Position numbers and translations under genes: made by a program. DNA of 64,000 nucleotides, taken from the NCBI GenBank assembly GCA_030390025.1, contig CM059432.1, forward strand, positions 92,568,001 through 92,632,000, written 5' to 3'. This stretch comes from Squalus acanthias (lineage: Eukaryota). Shown piece after piece: positions 38,026-48,684 of the stretch (the stretch's first letter is position 1; every line of letters begins with the position of its first letter). Under the pieces are notes generated by a model. That model ran no database searches, was not told the DNA's origin, and was given only the letters and a program-made list of their open reading frames with translations.

Positions 38026-40017
38026 ATGGAGAGGGTGAGAGAACGCGCTCATCGCTTCACCGAGCGGGCCTTGGATGCTCTGGTTGGCGCAGTGGAGCGC
38101 AGACGATGCATGCTGTTCCCGGAGAGTGGCAGGAGGCCTTTGCCACGCGAGTTCAGAAGAGTGTGGAGGGAGGTGGCTCAGAGCGTCTCCTCCAGGAGCA
38201 TGGTGCCCAGGACCCATGTTCAATGTCGCAAAAAGTTCAACGACCTCACTCGGGTCGTCAGGGTGAGTGGCTTTTTCTCAATACCTCTCCATCCCTCCAT
38301 CTCAACCTCACTCTATGGCCAGAGGGTCTTAAAACCCCAATGCACAACACTCATCCAACACCAATGGCCCTTTCATCAAACACACACACACATTCCACAC
38401 TTTGCATACAGTAAGGGCTATTCACCTATGGGAGGCACATCAGGCAAGACCATGGCTGTATATTGTAAGGGCTATTCACCTATGGGAGGCACATCAGGCA
38501 AGACCATGGCTGTATATTGTAAGGGCTATTCACCTATGGGAGGCACATCAGGCAAGACCATGGCTGTATATTGTAAGGGCTATTCACCTATGGGAGGCAC
38601 ATCAGGCAAGACCATGGCTGTATATTGTAAGGGCTATTCACCTATGGGAGGCACATCAGGCAAGACCATGGCTGTATATTTACTCAGATGCTGTCCTTTT
38701 TCTTGCAGGCTAAGCTGGCTCATAATCGGAGACAGCAGCAACGGACGGGTGGAGGGCGGCTTCAGCTGCAACCCCTCAGCGATCTGGAGGAGCGCGTCCA
38801 CAGGATTGTGGCAAGCCGGGTGATCGGTCCCGTCGCCACTGGAGACGCCGACCCCGTTGTGGACAGCAATGGTAAGGTCATCACCTTTTTGTCCTCTGTC
38901 CTTCCACTTGTCACTCACAATACCAGCCTTTGACACTTTCAATCCAACTTGCTAACTCGCTGCACTTATTCCTCCCTTACTGCCACCCTGTCCTCACGCT
39001 AAAGCCACTCTTGTACCTCCCTGCTTTCAGATGGTGATTCACCAGCTGAGGAGACGGGCCCTGAAGCTGCCACTGGGAGTGATGCTGCAGCTGAGGAGGA
39101 AGAGGAAGCCGGAGCATCAGTGCCACCCTCTCCCGAGGAAGCCCATGCCCACACTGGGAACACGCCTTCCCCGGAGGGGAGCAGGGGGGAAGGGGCTGAT
39201 GATGGTGAAGCTCCAGGACCCAGCGGGCTGCAGCAACGCCATGGGGGGGGGGGGGGGGAGGGAAGAACGGGGGCCTTCTCCCCAGAGGGAGAGTATGCCA
39301 GACACTCCTACTGCAATGGACGCAGAGGAGGAGCGGCTGATTGCAGAAATGAACAGCCAAGCGGTGGGCATGCACACTGAGCTCATGGGTGCAGTGGGAA
39401 GGGTGCCCGAATGCATTGAGTCACTGGCAAGGAGTGTGGAGCACTTCGCTGTAGCACAGGCGGATGCCACACTAAAGCTTAGTGCTGCAATTCAGTCACT
39501 GGCTGCCAGGAACCCATCTGAGACTGCTCTCATGCAGACTCAGATTGAGGCCACGCGAGCACTGACTGCTGCCATCCTCGATGGTTCGTGCACATGTCCC
39601 CGGGGCTGTCACCGCGCCGCAGCAGGCCAGCAATCTGTTCTCCGGCAAATTGCTCCGGATGCTGAAGTGCTGCCCCGTGGGAGTGCCAGTGTGTCGGGCG
39701 AGCAGGGAGTTGCTGTCCTCTCTCACGATGACAGCATTCCTGCTGCCAACACTGTCACTTCTCCACTGCACTTGCCACCGCCTGTAGGACAGACTGCTGC
39801 CGCCCATGCAGAGTTGTTGCAGTCTGCAGCCGGGCCCTCCAGGCCCAGAAGTGGTCGAGGCCGTCCTTCAGGGGCATCTGCAGTGTCAGGGTCTGACGAG
39901 CAGCAGCCTTTCACCAGCCTTGCTGCAGCCACTGAGGTCCCATTACGGAGGAGCAGTAGGGTTAGAAGGGGGGAAGTGCGCAAGGGAAGGAGATCACCCT
40001 CGAAGGGCAAAAAGTAG
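38026..40017 (+). pseudogene. Harbinger Myb/SANT-like (NAIF1/MSANTD-type trihelix) DNA-binding gene, 3 exons: 38026-38262, 38709-38871, 39031-40017; frameshift at a G16 run
   Basis: Exon 1 MERVRERAHRFTERALDALVGAVERRRCMLF...VWREVAQSVSSRSMVPRTHVQCRKKFNDL is a Myb_DNA-bind_5-type domain. Splice sites AGG|gtgagt, ttgcag|GCT (AKLAHNRRQQQRTGGG), AATG|gtaagg and tttcag|AT have compatible phases (0, 1). The spliced frame stops at 39380, while the helical C-terminal region continues in another frame after the G run at 39243-39258. Confidence 0.85.
38411..38680 (+). repeat. Minisatellite: 5 perfect copies of a 54-bp unit inside Myb intron 1
   Basis: Unit GTAAGGGCTATTCACCTATGGGAGGCACATCAGGCAAGACCATGGCTGTATATT starts at 38411, 38465, 38519, 38573 and 38627, with no spacers. 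Confidence 0.97.
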
Positions 40018-40311
40018 GAGGTGTGCCAAAATGCTGGTCATTTTTTTATTAAAGGCCGAGGTTCATGGTCCAACTTTTGTTTAGTGTTTTGGACATTATC
40101 TCCAGGTTGTGAGAACCAGTTATGTTATTGACTGTTTTTTTGTGTTTATTTCTATGAGTTTGTCATGAGGAATTGACACACACAGAGTTTGTAAAATAAA
40201 TAAGTTTCTGTATTCAAAATATACATGGCTGGTGGTTGGAATTATTGGTGCCTTGGCCGGCTTAGGGGTTGCGTGCTGGGTTGATTAGTGTTTGTAGCAA
40301 TGGCAGGGGCC

Positions 40312-41456
40312 CTAGAAGCGGCTTGCTATTAGTCGTTGACGGACGGCCCTTGCAGTTTGACCATTGTGGGCCGCCCTCCCGCCTTGGTGCTGCTGATGAT
40401 CATCGTCCTCGTCCTCTTCCTCCTCCTCCTCTGGTGGTGCTACAAGGCCTGGTGGCATTGGCTGGGTCCTGAGGATTGCCATGTTGTGCAACATGCAGCA
40501 CACGACTACGAAGTTCGAAACTTGCTCAGGCGAGTACTGCAGGGCTCCTCCGGAATGGTCCAGACAGCGGAACCGTTGTTTCAGCACGCCGATTGTGCGC
40601 TCAATAATGTTCCTGGTTGCTTGATGGCTTTCATTGTACCGCAGCTCAGCAGGGGTGTTTGGCGTACGGAGCGGTGTCATCAGCCAGGTGCTCAATGCGT
40701 ACCCCTTGTCCCCCAGAAGCCAACCAACTGGCTGGCCTCGAAAAGTTCTGCCACAGTAGTCTGGCGCAGGATGAAAGCATCGTGGCAGCTGCCCGGATAG
40801 TGGGCATCGACAGCGAGTATCGCCTGTCTGTGGTCACAGACCAACTGCACATTCAAGGAATGGAACCCCTTTCTGTTCCTGAATTCCTCTGCATTCTCTC
40901 GCGGAGCACGCAAAGCCACATGCGTGCAGTCAATGGCGCCCTGCACCATGGGGAAGCCCGCTACCCTCGCAAAGCCCAGAGCACGGTCACGCTGCTTGTC
41001 TGGGGTCATAGGGAAAGAGATGAAGTCTCGTCTCCTTCTGAAGAGGGCATTGGTGACCTGCCGGATGCAGCGATGCACCGCAAACTGGGAGATATTGGCG
41101 AGGTCCCCAACAGCAGCTTGGAATGAGCCAGTGGCGTAGAAGTTCAAAGCCACTGTGACCTTCACTGCCACCGACAGAGACGTCCTGGACCTCAGCTGAG
41201 GCTGCAGATCTGGCTGCAGCAGGTGGCAGAGCTCAGTGACCACCTCCTTGCTGAATCGCAGCCTTCGCAAACACAGCTCCTCGGACATATGGATCTAGGA
41301 GAGCTGTTCACGATATACCCTGGGAGGGTAAGCTCTCCTGTACATGCGCCTGATGGCCCTCCTCCGTCTGGCCATCATTGCCACTCTCTGTCTGCGTCTC
41401 ACTATCCTCCGATTCAGCTGGAGCAGGACGACGCCCCCAATCATTGCAGCCCCCAT
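40312..41456 (-). pseudogene. Harbinger (HARBI1-like, DDE_Tnp_4) transposase with one nonsense codon and one frameshift
   Basis: Motifs YPPRVYR, RLRFSKE, ALNFYATGSFQ, GAIDCTH (D), [35 protein letters not shown] (D, read in the shifted frame), [26 protein letters not shown] (E), CCMLHN. In-frame TAG at 41297-41295 (EQLS*IHMSEE); frameshift near 40725-40740. Probable ATG at 41456. Confidence 0.93.
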
Positions 41457-42145
41457 ATTCTCTTTGCCAGAAAAGTAATGAGGTACAGCAACTAAAGTAG
41501 CAACAAAGTTAGGATGAATAGGCAAAACTACCTCACAAAGCGTTGAGTCAATGTAGAAGTCTCTCTCTCTCTCTCTCCGAATCTCTCTCTCTCTCTCAGA
41601 ACGAGTGGTGCATAAATGTCGACCACAGAAAAAGACAGGAAGAGGCCCCCTTTAAATAGCGCCCCCCCCAGCCCCACACCGATTGATAACGTTCCAGTCT
41701 TCCGGTCGTTGGAAGCGCCAGGCGGTAAGGCAGGGGGCGCCACTCAATTTCCGCTCCGGGGCGCCCCAAGGGCGTTGCACCATGGAATGACGTCACAATC
41801 TGCGCGCGCAGGTGGTCGCAGTGGTAAGTTTTAGCGCCGCCGCACAATCTCAAGTTAAGTTCTCGAGCGGCGCAAACAGCGCTGCGCCCGGGCGTTAGCG
41901 GCTTAACGCCCCATTAGCGCCCTCTTAAGGCGCTAACGGGAGGCGCAACCAAGTGAATTTTTACCCCTATGTATTTACAATAACATAATTACATTTGTAT
42001 AGGATATAATAATGTCTTTTGTGTCTTTATACATGCCGAACAAGAAAAACAGTAAATGCTGATCAACAGTCTCTAATAAGGTGACAACTTAATAACGACC
42101 TTTATTATAAACATAACATTGTAAACAAAGTAGTTACATGGGCTT

Positions 42146-42248
42146 TGCCAATGACCCACCCCTCCTCACCCACTGACTGCCAATGACCCACCCCTCCTCA
42201 CCCACTGACTGCCAATGACCGACCCCTCCTCACCCACTGACTGCCAAT
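42146..42248 (+). repeat. 32-bp tandem repeat, 3 copies plus a partial
   Basis: TGCCAATGACCCACCCCTCCTCACCCACTGAC at 42146, 42178 and 42210, partial at 42242. Confidence 0.92.
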
Positions 42249-44024
42249 CACCTCCACCCCATCCCCACCAATTGTAGTTAGCCCTCACAAGCTACCTCTA
42301 TCTACCCTGCTTCATTTCCCCTTCCACAGTTACCCCATCCCCTAGACTACATTTTCCATACACAGCAGCTCCATGGGTGTAGCTCCCCTCCTCTCTTAGC
42401 CTGTAGCCAAGGGTGGTTATAAATTCATAAATGTTAGCCTCATTCAAAAAACAGCATCATATTCATAACTGGACTAACCATATAGTCTTTACATATTTGA
42501 AAAGTGTGTAGACTCCATGGCAGGTCTTTTACCAGGGAGGCTAAGAATAAACTTTGCAATATATGCAACAAAATAGGCTGAGGTAGCAGGTAACATTATT
42601 AAAGATCTCATTCCTGATTTAAAAAGACAAGTACCAGACCAAAAATACAGAACTGTTTATTTGTCACATCCAATTTGTGTCATCCAATTCCCTTCTTCAT
42701 TGCTCTCCATTTCCTCCCCCTCGCTCCCCTTCAATGTCATGTTACCCTCTTCACTGCCATCCATTTTTCCCTTCTTTATCCCTTTCATTGCCATCAATTT
42801 TCCCACTCCGACCAGAGTCTTGCTGCTAATAGGTACTACTCTAGGGAGGAACTCATCAGAATTCCTGCCTATAGCACGTGACAGCTAGAGTCACTTCCAT
42901 TAGCAACAGGACACGTATAGGAATGGCAATGAAGAAAGAGAGGCCTGGTGTGCACTGATTCTCGTCAGTAAATGCTAACTATGCATTGGGTACCTAACAC
43001 ATTGACTGTTCACATTTAAGTTCCTTTGACTACCTTAATTCAGGTTTATTATTTGAAGGTCTCAGCTTCTCTCAAAAGCCTGGACTTGAAGTTTATACCC
43101 TTCCCACAGCTATGACTCTGTGCCTGCAAAACCCTGGATGCTGTCATGTGAACTTGTGCATCATTTCCCAGCATGAAATTCTATGTACAAATTGAAGCCT
43201 CTCCTTCCTCACGCCATAATTACAGAATTTTAAAACAACTTAATTTATGTAAAGTTTCACAATCAAACTGTCAAGTTCTTAATAATTTGTTGGTAGAACA
43301 AGTAAATACTACTGAATCATAGGTGTGCTATGTATCTAGGTGTAAGCATATTCTGCTCCCCTTACTCTCCAGTACCCACTGCAAACTTTCCCTACTTTCC
43401 ACTGCCCAGCTCCCAATTATTCACTTCCCAAGCACCAACTGGCCCCCAAGTGCCCGCATTCCATCCTGCTCACTCATCTACCTCAACTACTCGTGACTCT
43501 CATACTCACGACCTAGCCCTGAAAATACTACTGCTTCTTCAATTACTCACAACACCTAAATGTTACTTGCCTTATCTACATACCATAACTCTTATCAACC
43601 CACAACTAGCCCCCAGTACTCACTATGCCAATTCTCCCAATATTCACCGCCCCAAAACTCTCCACACTTCCCTTGACTACTTGCTGCCCCTTCACTACTC
43701 ATTCCTCTACCCTATGGAGCCACTCTCCCACATCCTGACTACTTTCATCCCCAACTATTCACTACTTTCCCCAAAGTACTCACTACCCTCCCACAAGTGC
43801 TCACTTCCCTAGCACCTTTCACAGCTCCCACTCCCCGCATAGAAGCATTAGAAACCCAGTGTTCCTTTCCCAAAGATTGGCTCACATATTATGAGCAACG
43901 TGACTGAACATACACATCCTTACACCACTGAAGATGCACTTGCTTATAAAAAATTGTGTCCTCCAACTTCCTGTCCGCAACTTTACAATGCTAGGTCCGT
44001 CATATTAACAACCTTAAAATACAT

Positions 44025-44626
44025 GGGGTGAAAAATTCTGTTGCTTTGCGCCTCCCGTTGGCGCTAACGGGGCGCAAAGCACCTAGCGCCCGGGTGCCGC
44101 TGACGCCTTCCGCGAAATTCAGCGGTGGCGGTAGCTGGTAGCGCCCTGCGCCTCCGGCGATGATGTAATTGCCGTGCGCAGCACCCCGGCCACAAACTTG
44201 TCTCGCGCCCCCTGACCTACTGCTGGACGCTAAGTCCGACAGGGCCAGGGTGGAGTTTTTGCGGCCAGGGCAGCACAAATTAAAGGGCGGGTGTCGGGCG
44301 GCCATTTTTTTTGGGCCGCCTGCCAGCACGTGCCCCCTCTTGCCTCCCCCTGTGGGGTGCCGGCCGCGATCGGTCAGCCCGGCACTCCTCCTGAGTGCCG
44401 GGCTCTTTTGCCGGCATCCCGCTCCCCGCTGGTCCAGCAGGGCCCCGGTGCACCCCTCCCCTTTAATCAGGGGAGCTGCACGTAGCGCCGCGATATTCAA
44501 TGGGAGCGCCCCAAGAGGGAGGGGGAGCGCTTCCAGTAGCACCCCGCCTCCTGCTTGGGGCGCTACCATTCAATTTCGGGTGTGGGGGTGCTAATTTTTT
44601 TGGGGTGCGACCCAATTTTCCCCCCC
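44025..44626 (-). mobile_element. Harbinger-family MITE (~600 bp), inverted relative to the 37664-41967 element
   Basis: Starts GGGGTGAAAAATTC...TTGCGCCTCCCGTTGGCGCT (matches the reverse complement of the right end near 41967) and ends GGGGTGCGACCCAATTTTCCCCC (matches the reverse complement of the left end GGGGTAGAAATTAGGTCGCGCCCC). Interior is GC-rich with no recognisable coding sequence. Confidence 0.8.
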
Positions 44627-46724
44627 GAGGTCCTTTTGAGCTGTGAGCTAGAACTAACAAGCACGTTACTAAGCAGGTTCAAATCTCAAAGTTCCCTGGC
44701 AAACAATTGAACTAATAACTTTTGAGACAATCTTTACCGAACAACAACTGAACTTTGTGACATAGCTATACCCTAGCAGAATAACAAATTCTAAAATATA
44801 TGATACAGCATTCACGTCCTTATTAACTGGATATCATCTAACTTATCGCGATCAATACCACACGAGATGTTAGCTTAGACATTAAATTTACTCTGCAACT
44901 ACATAGCAAAACTCTTCTGAACAACAAATAAGGCCATCTTTGTCTGTGTGGAGAAAATTCACAGCAAGTGTTCTGAAGTGTCCCTCCAGTTGAACTTGCA
45001 CTTCTAGGTACGTATAAAAGAACCTAAAAATTCCCACAAGAGAATAGTAAACCTAGGGTAGAACCTCTCCAACCTATATTGATGCAGATTGGGAGAGCTC
45101 CCTCCTCCCAAATATAAACAATGTAGCAATGTATCAGACTTAGTTGAAACAATTGGTGGATTGATTACTTCCCCATGCATGGGACAATAAACCAGAGCTT
45201 TGGCAGATTTAAAATGATTTGGGCATTAATTGAATGTTACTTCAACTTTCAACAAAACTGGAACCTTGAGAACATCATACTTCAAGCAGTCAATAAAACT
45301 AATGTTGTATTCGGGAGGGGGAATTATGAGTGTATGAAGGACAAAGCTGCTCTCCTCCTGAACACATGGGTGTGGCACTTAAAGAAACCACACTATTTGG
45401 GAAGACCATAAAGCGAGAAAGTTCAAAAACATCAAACTTTTAGTCTATTAAAGCTTTGCACCAAGAGAATAAATGTACCACTTTTACATATTTAAAGGAT
45501 ATGTATAGCAACGCCTGTTTTTCATTATATACAGTTACAACTAACAATAGACAATTCAAAGTCTGCTCATGATCCTTTTAGAAAGGGGGATGATTGGAGT
45601 ACATGTTTCATAACTAAAGGCCACAGTTTATTAAAAAAACAAAATTGTTTTCCCGGTTATGGGGTGTGCAGAATATTAATTGGGTTGCCCCTGGAAGTAG
45701 AAATACATTCAACTAAAGTCCCTGGTAGTAGCATGTCACGATACATCTTGTTCAAAATTAAATCTTCAATTGTTTGTGCATGAGTCCCAAAAAATTGAAG
45801 AGTAGGTTAGTCACAGTAACTGATTTAAATGCTAGCCCAAGAAAAGCACATTGCTGCACCTGTTGGAATGCAATAATAACAAAAGTGAGTGATAGATTTC
45901 CAGACCAGACATCTGGATGTACATGTTTTTCAATTAGAAATGTTCTAAAATATCCAGTTCTGGTTTGTGGCCACAACCACAAAACTAGAAGAGTTTCCTG
46001 GGTTTGCTAGTGGCTAAGAAGTCTGGCTTACGATCCTTAAACCTACATTGTTTACCAGCTAGCGGTATAGATTTCAAATTTTGCAGATTTCAACTTTAAA
46101 GGGAATGGGAGCGAGGACATAAAACTAGGCATTAGAGAGAAACTTCTCAAAGTAAGTGCTTGTCCCTTCACTTGGGAAAAACAGCAGCCCTCAAGCTCCA
46201 TCAGTATAAAAATGAGGAGTCAGAATGTCTTGTTGGGTTGAGTTTATTCCACTGGAGACTTGCAAGACTCATACTGTGAATTTCCTGCCAAATTCATGGA
46301 GACTGAGGCTATTTTTTGTACCTACAGTGTGCTACTTAAACTTTGCAATGACACCTAAAGAAGCATCCCAGAATAAGGCACTGGGTTGGCTTTATCCTGC
46401 AGTATTTGCAGGAAAATGTTCTCCACATCAAGTTAAAAGTTACTTCATTTTTTGCAGCTCTCAGATATCTTTCTTTCCTCCACAACAAAGTAAACAAGTA
46501 AAACGGTTGCTGCGAGCCATGAATAAATGAAGTGTCATGCTTCCCCATCCCAAAAATCAGTAAAGTTTCTTCACCCCAATCACAGAAACAGAGTTAGTAA
46601 CATCACTAATCAGAATCACAGCCATCTTACTCCAGCAACTTCAAAAAAAATACATTCAAATTATGTTTGCTAAATTAGATACGGATATTTTCTCCATGAA
46701 GATCTGAGAATAAGGCCATTGTAA

Positions 46725-47275
46725 GGAACATAAGAAATAGGAGCAGGCCATTCAGCCCCTCGAACCTACTCCACCATTTAATGAGATCATGGCTGATCCG
46801 ATTTTGGCCTCAGCTCCACCTTCCTGCCCGCTCCCCATAACCCTTGACTCCCCTGTTGCTCAAAAATCTGTCTATCTCAGCCTTGAATATATTCAATGAC
46901 TCAGCTTCCACAGCTCTCTGGGGTAAAGAATTCCAAAGATTCACGACCCTCTGAGAGAAGAAATTCCTCCTCATCTCCGTCTTAAATGGGCGACCCCTTA
47001 TTCTGAGACTATGCCCCCTCGTTCTAGATTCCCTGATGAGGGGAAACATCCTCTCAGCATCTACCCTGTCTAACCCCCTCAGAATCTTGTATGTTTCAAT
47101 AAGATCACCTCTCATTCTTCTAAACTCCAATGAGTATAGACCCAACCTGCTCAACCTTTCCTCATAAGACAACCCTTCCATTCTAGAAATCAACCCAGTG
47201 AACCTTCTCTGAACTGCCTCCAATGCAAGTATATCCCTCCTTAAATAAGGGGACCAAAACAGTACACAGTACTCT
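46725..47275 (-). mobile_element. CR1 LINE 3' fragment
   Basis: ORF 46810-47223 closely resembles the C-terminus of 35063-35974; GAACATAAGAAATAGGAGCAGG tail. Confidence 0.92.
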
Positions 47276-47399
47276 AGTTAGCTGAAACTTCCCTTTGATG
47301 CTCCAAAAGGATTTATTATAGCTCATAGCAGTCTAACCTCAGTTATAAGGTAAGTTACCAACTAATAACCACTTTTAGGATGACGTGATATAGGAGAGT

Positions 47400-48680
47400 G
47401 ATGTACTATTGCTCAAATTTGGGAATGGTTTAAAAGAGCGTCAAACAACCAGTGAAAGTGACAGAAAGAAACAGAAAAAGAGAAAAGATGTGAGCTACCG
47501 TAACAATATTGGAAAGGTCAGTGCTGAAACTATAATCTAGCTCAGATGTTCTTGACTGTGTGAAGATGTCCACCTGAAAACACTTCAACTTCTATATTAC
47601 CATGGGGGAGACTTCTATGTAAGGACTACTTCTAAAGTAGGATCATATTCTGTGCTCAACATGTAATGGGCTATCACAGGTATTTTGTATGCACTTCATC
47701 AATCTTACAATCTCTACAAACATGGAATGAATAATTTTTTTTGCACCGTAGAAAATCTACATCAGTCCATAATAGGACTGACTTGCAATGAAAGATCCTG
47801 TACATCTATCAGCGTGGCACGCAGTTTCAAAATTACTATTGCTTACCCGAAGAGAGGTTACCGGTGACAAGTGTCTTAAGTGAGGGAATTGTTTGAGCCA
47901 GGTCGCTCCCTTAACTATCCACCACAGATAGGGTTGATGGATTTTGTTTCTGCATAAGTCTAAGAGGGCAACCACTGTACCAGTAGATTGAATAGCTGAA
48001 ATAAACAGCCTGGTATTGGAGGGTATAAATATGGTTGCTATCAGGCTCGGGTTCCCTGAGGTATGGTTTTGCCATGCATATGTTTCTGAACATCTAGCAA
48101 TGCAACCCCCGACAAGACGACATGACCCAGCACCACCTTGAACCTGGCTATGTACATGGTGTTATGAGGTGTTTTCAACTGGAACTTTACTAGAAGACCC
48201 AGATAGACAACATCTTGCATTGCCTGAAGGATCACTGGAAGTGAGTGTACCTACACAAGGCAAGAGTTAAGGTGTGGTAAACATGGTGCAGGTGAGCATC
48301 ACTTGTGGTCTAAAATGCATTTGATTTTTTTTCTTGAAGAACTGGCAAAATCCATGGTCCACTGGAAAGTGAAAAGGTCTTCATGTAATTGATATAAAGT
48401 TTGAAGTGTAAATCAAAAGTCAATAGCAAATGTCGAGTAATAACTTGTCTATAATATATTACACTTATTCCATGCATCACACACTCCTTACTTGGGTGTC
48501 ATCATTCATCTCCTGCATCTCGGTGGCACATCAATAGAATTTCCCATTATTAAGCTCCTAGTTGTCACAGGCGCCCAGACACGCCAGCAGCTCTAGCTCT
48601 AACACTAGATGGAACTTCAAAGCCTGCAGATCTGCAGACCACAACCAACATTGCAGCCTCTCTCCCTGGATACAGGCACA
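47400..48680 (+). mobile_element. Very old, fragmented non-LTR retrotransposon RT relic
   Basis: Faint ordered remnants resembling GVPQGxVL (GGTTCCCTGAGGTATGGTTTTG, ~48050) and PYLGVII (CCTTACTTGGGTGTCATCATT, ~48486). Confidence 0.35.
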
Positions 48681-48684
48681 TTGA

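Larger units (their letters stand above)
37664..41967. mobile_element. Full-length PIF/Harbinger DNA transposon (4304 bp) with Myb/SANT gene and transposase in convergent orientation
   Basis: Left end GGGGTAGAAATT, right end AATTTTTACCCC (reverse complement GGGGTAAAAATT). 3-bp direct repeat TAT at 37661-37663 and 41968-41970. GC/CpG-rich subterminal regions and the two-gene content typical of Harbingers. Confidence 0.95.

Noticed and set aside
38411..38680. CRISPR-like array next to a nuclease (transposase) gene
   Set aside because: Units are head-to-tail and identical with no unique spacers; eukaryotic intron context. It is a minisatellite.
40312..41456. Domesticated host genes HARBI1 / NAIF1
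   Set aside because: The ORFs are disrupted, lie between TIRs with a TSD and have related MITEs nearby, so this is a transposon copy.
43330..43840. 160-aa P/S/T/L-rich ORF
   Set aside because: C-rich, G-poor low-complexity sequence with no domain or splice support.
44000..44660. Several long GC-rich ORFs or a CpG-island promoter of a host gene
   Set aside because: Bounded by Harbinger-family termini; stop-poor because of GC content, with no recognisable domain.
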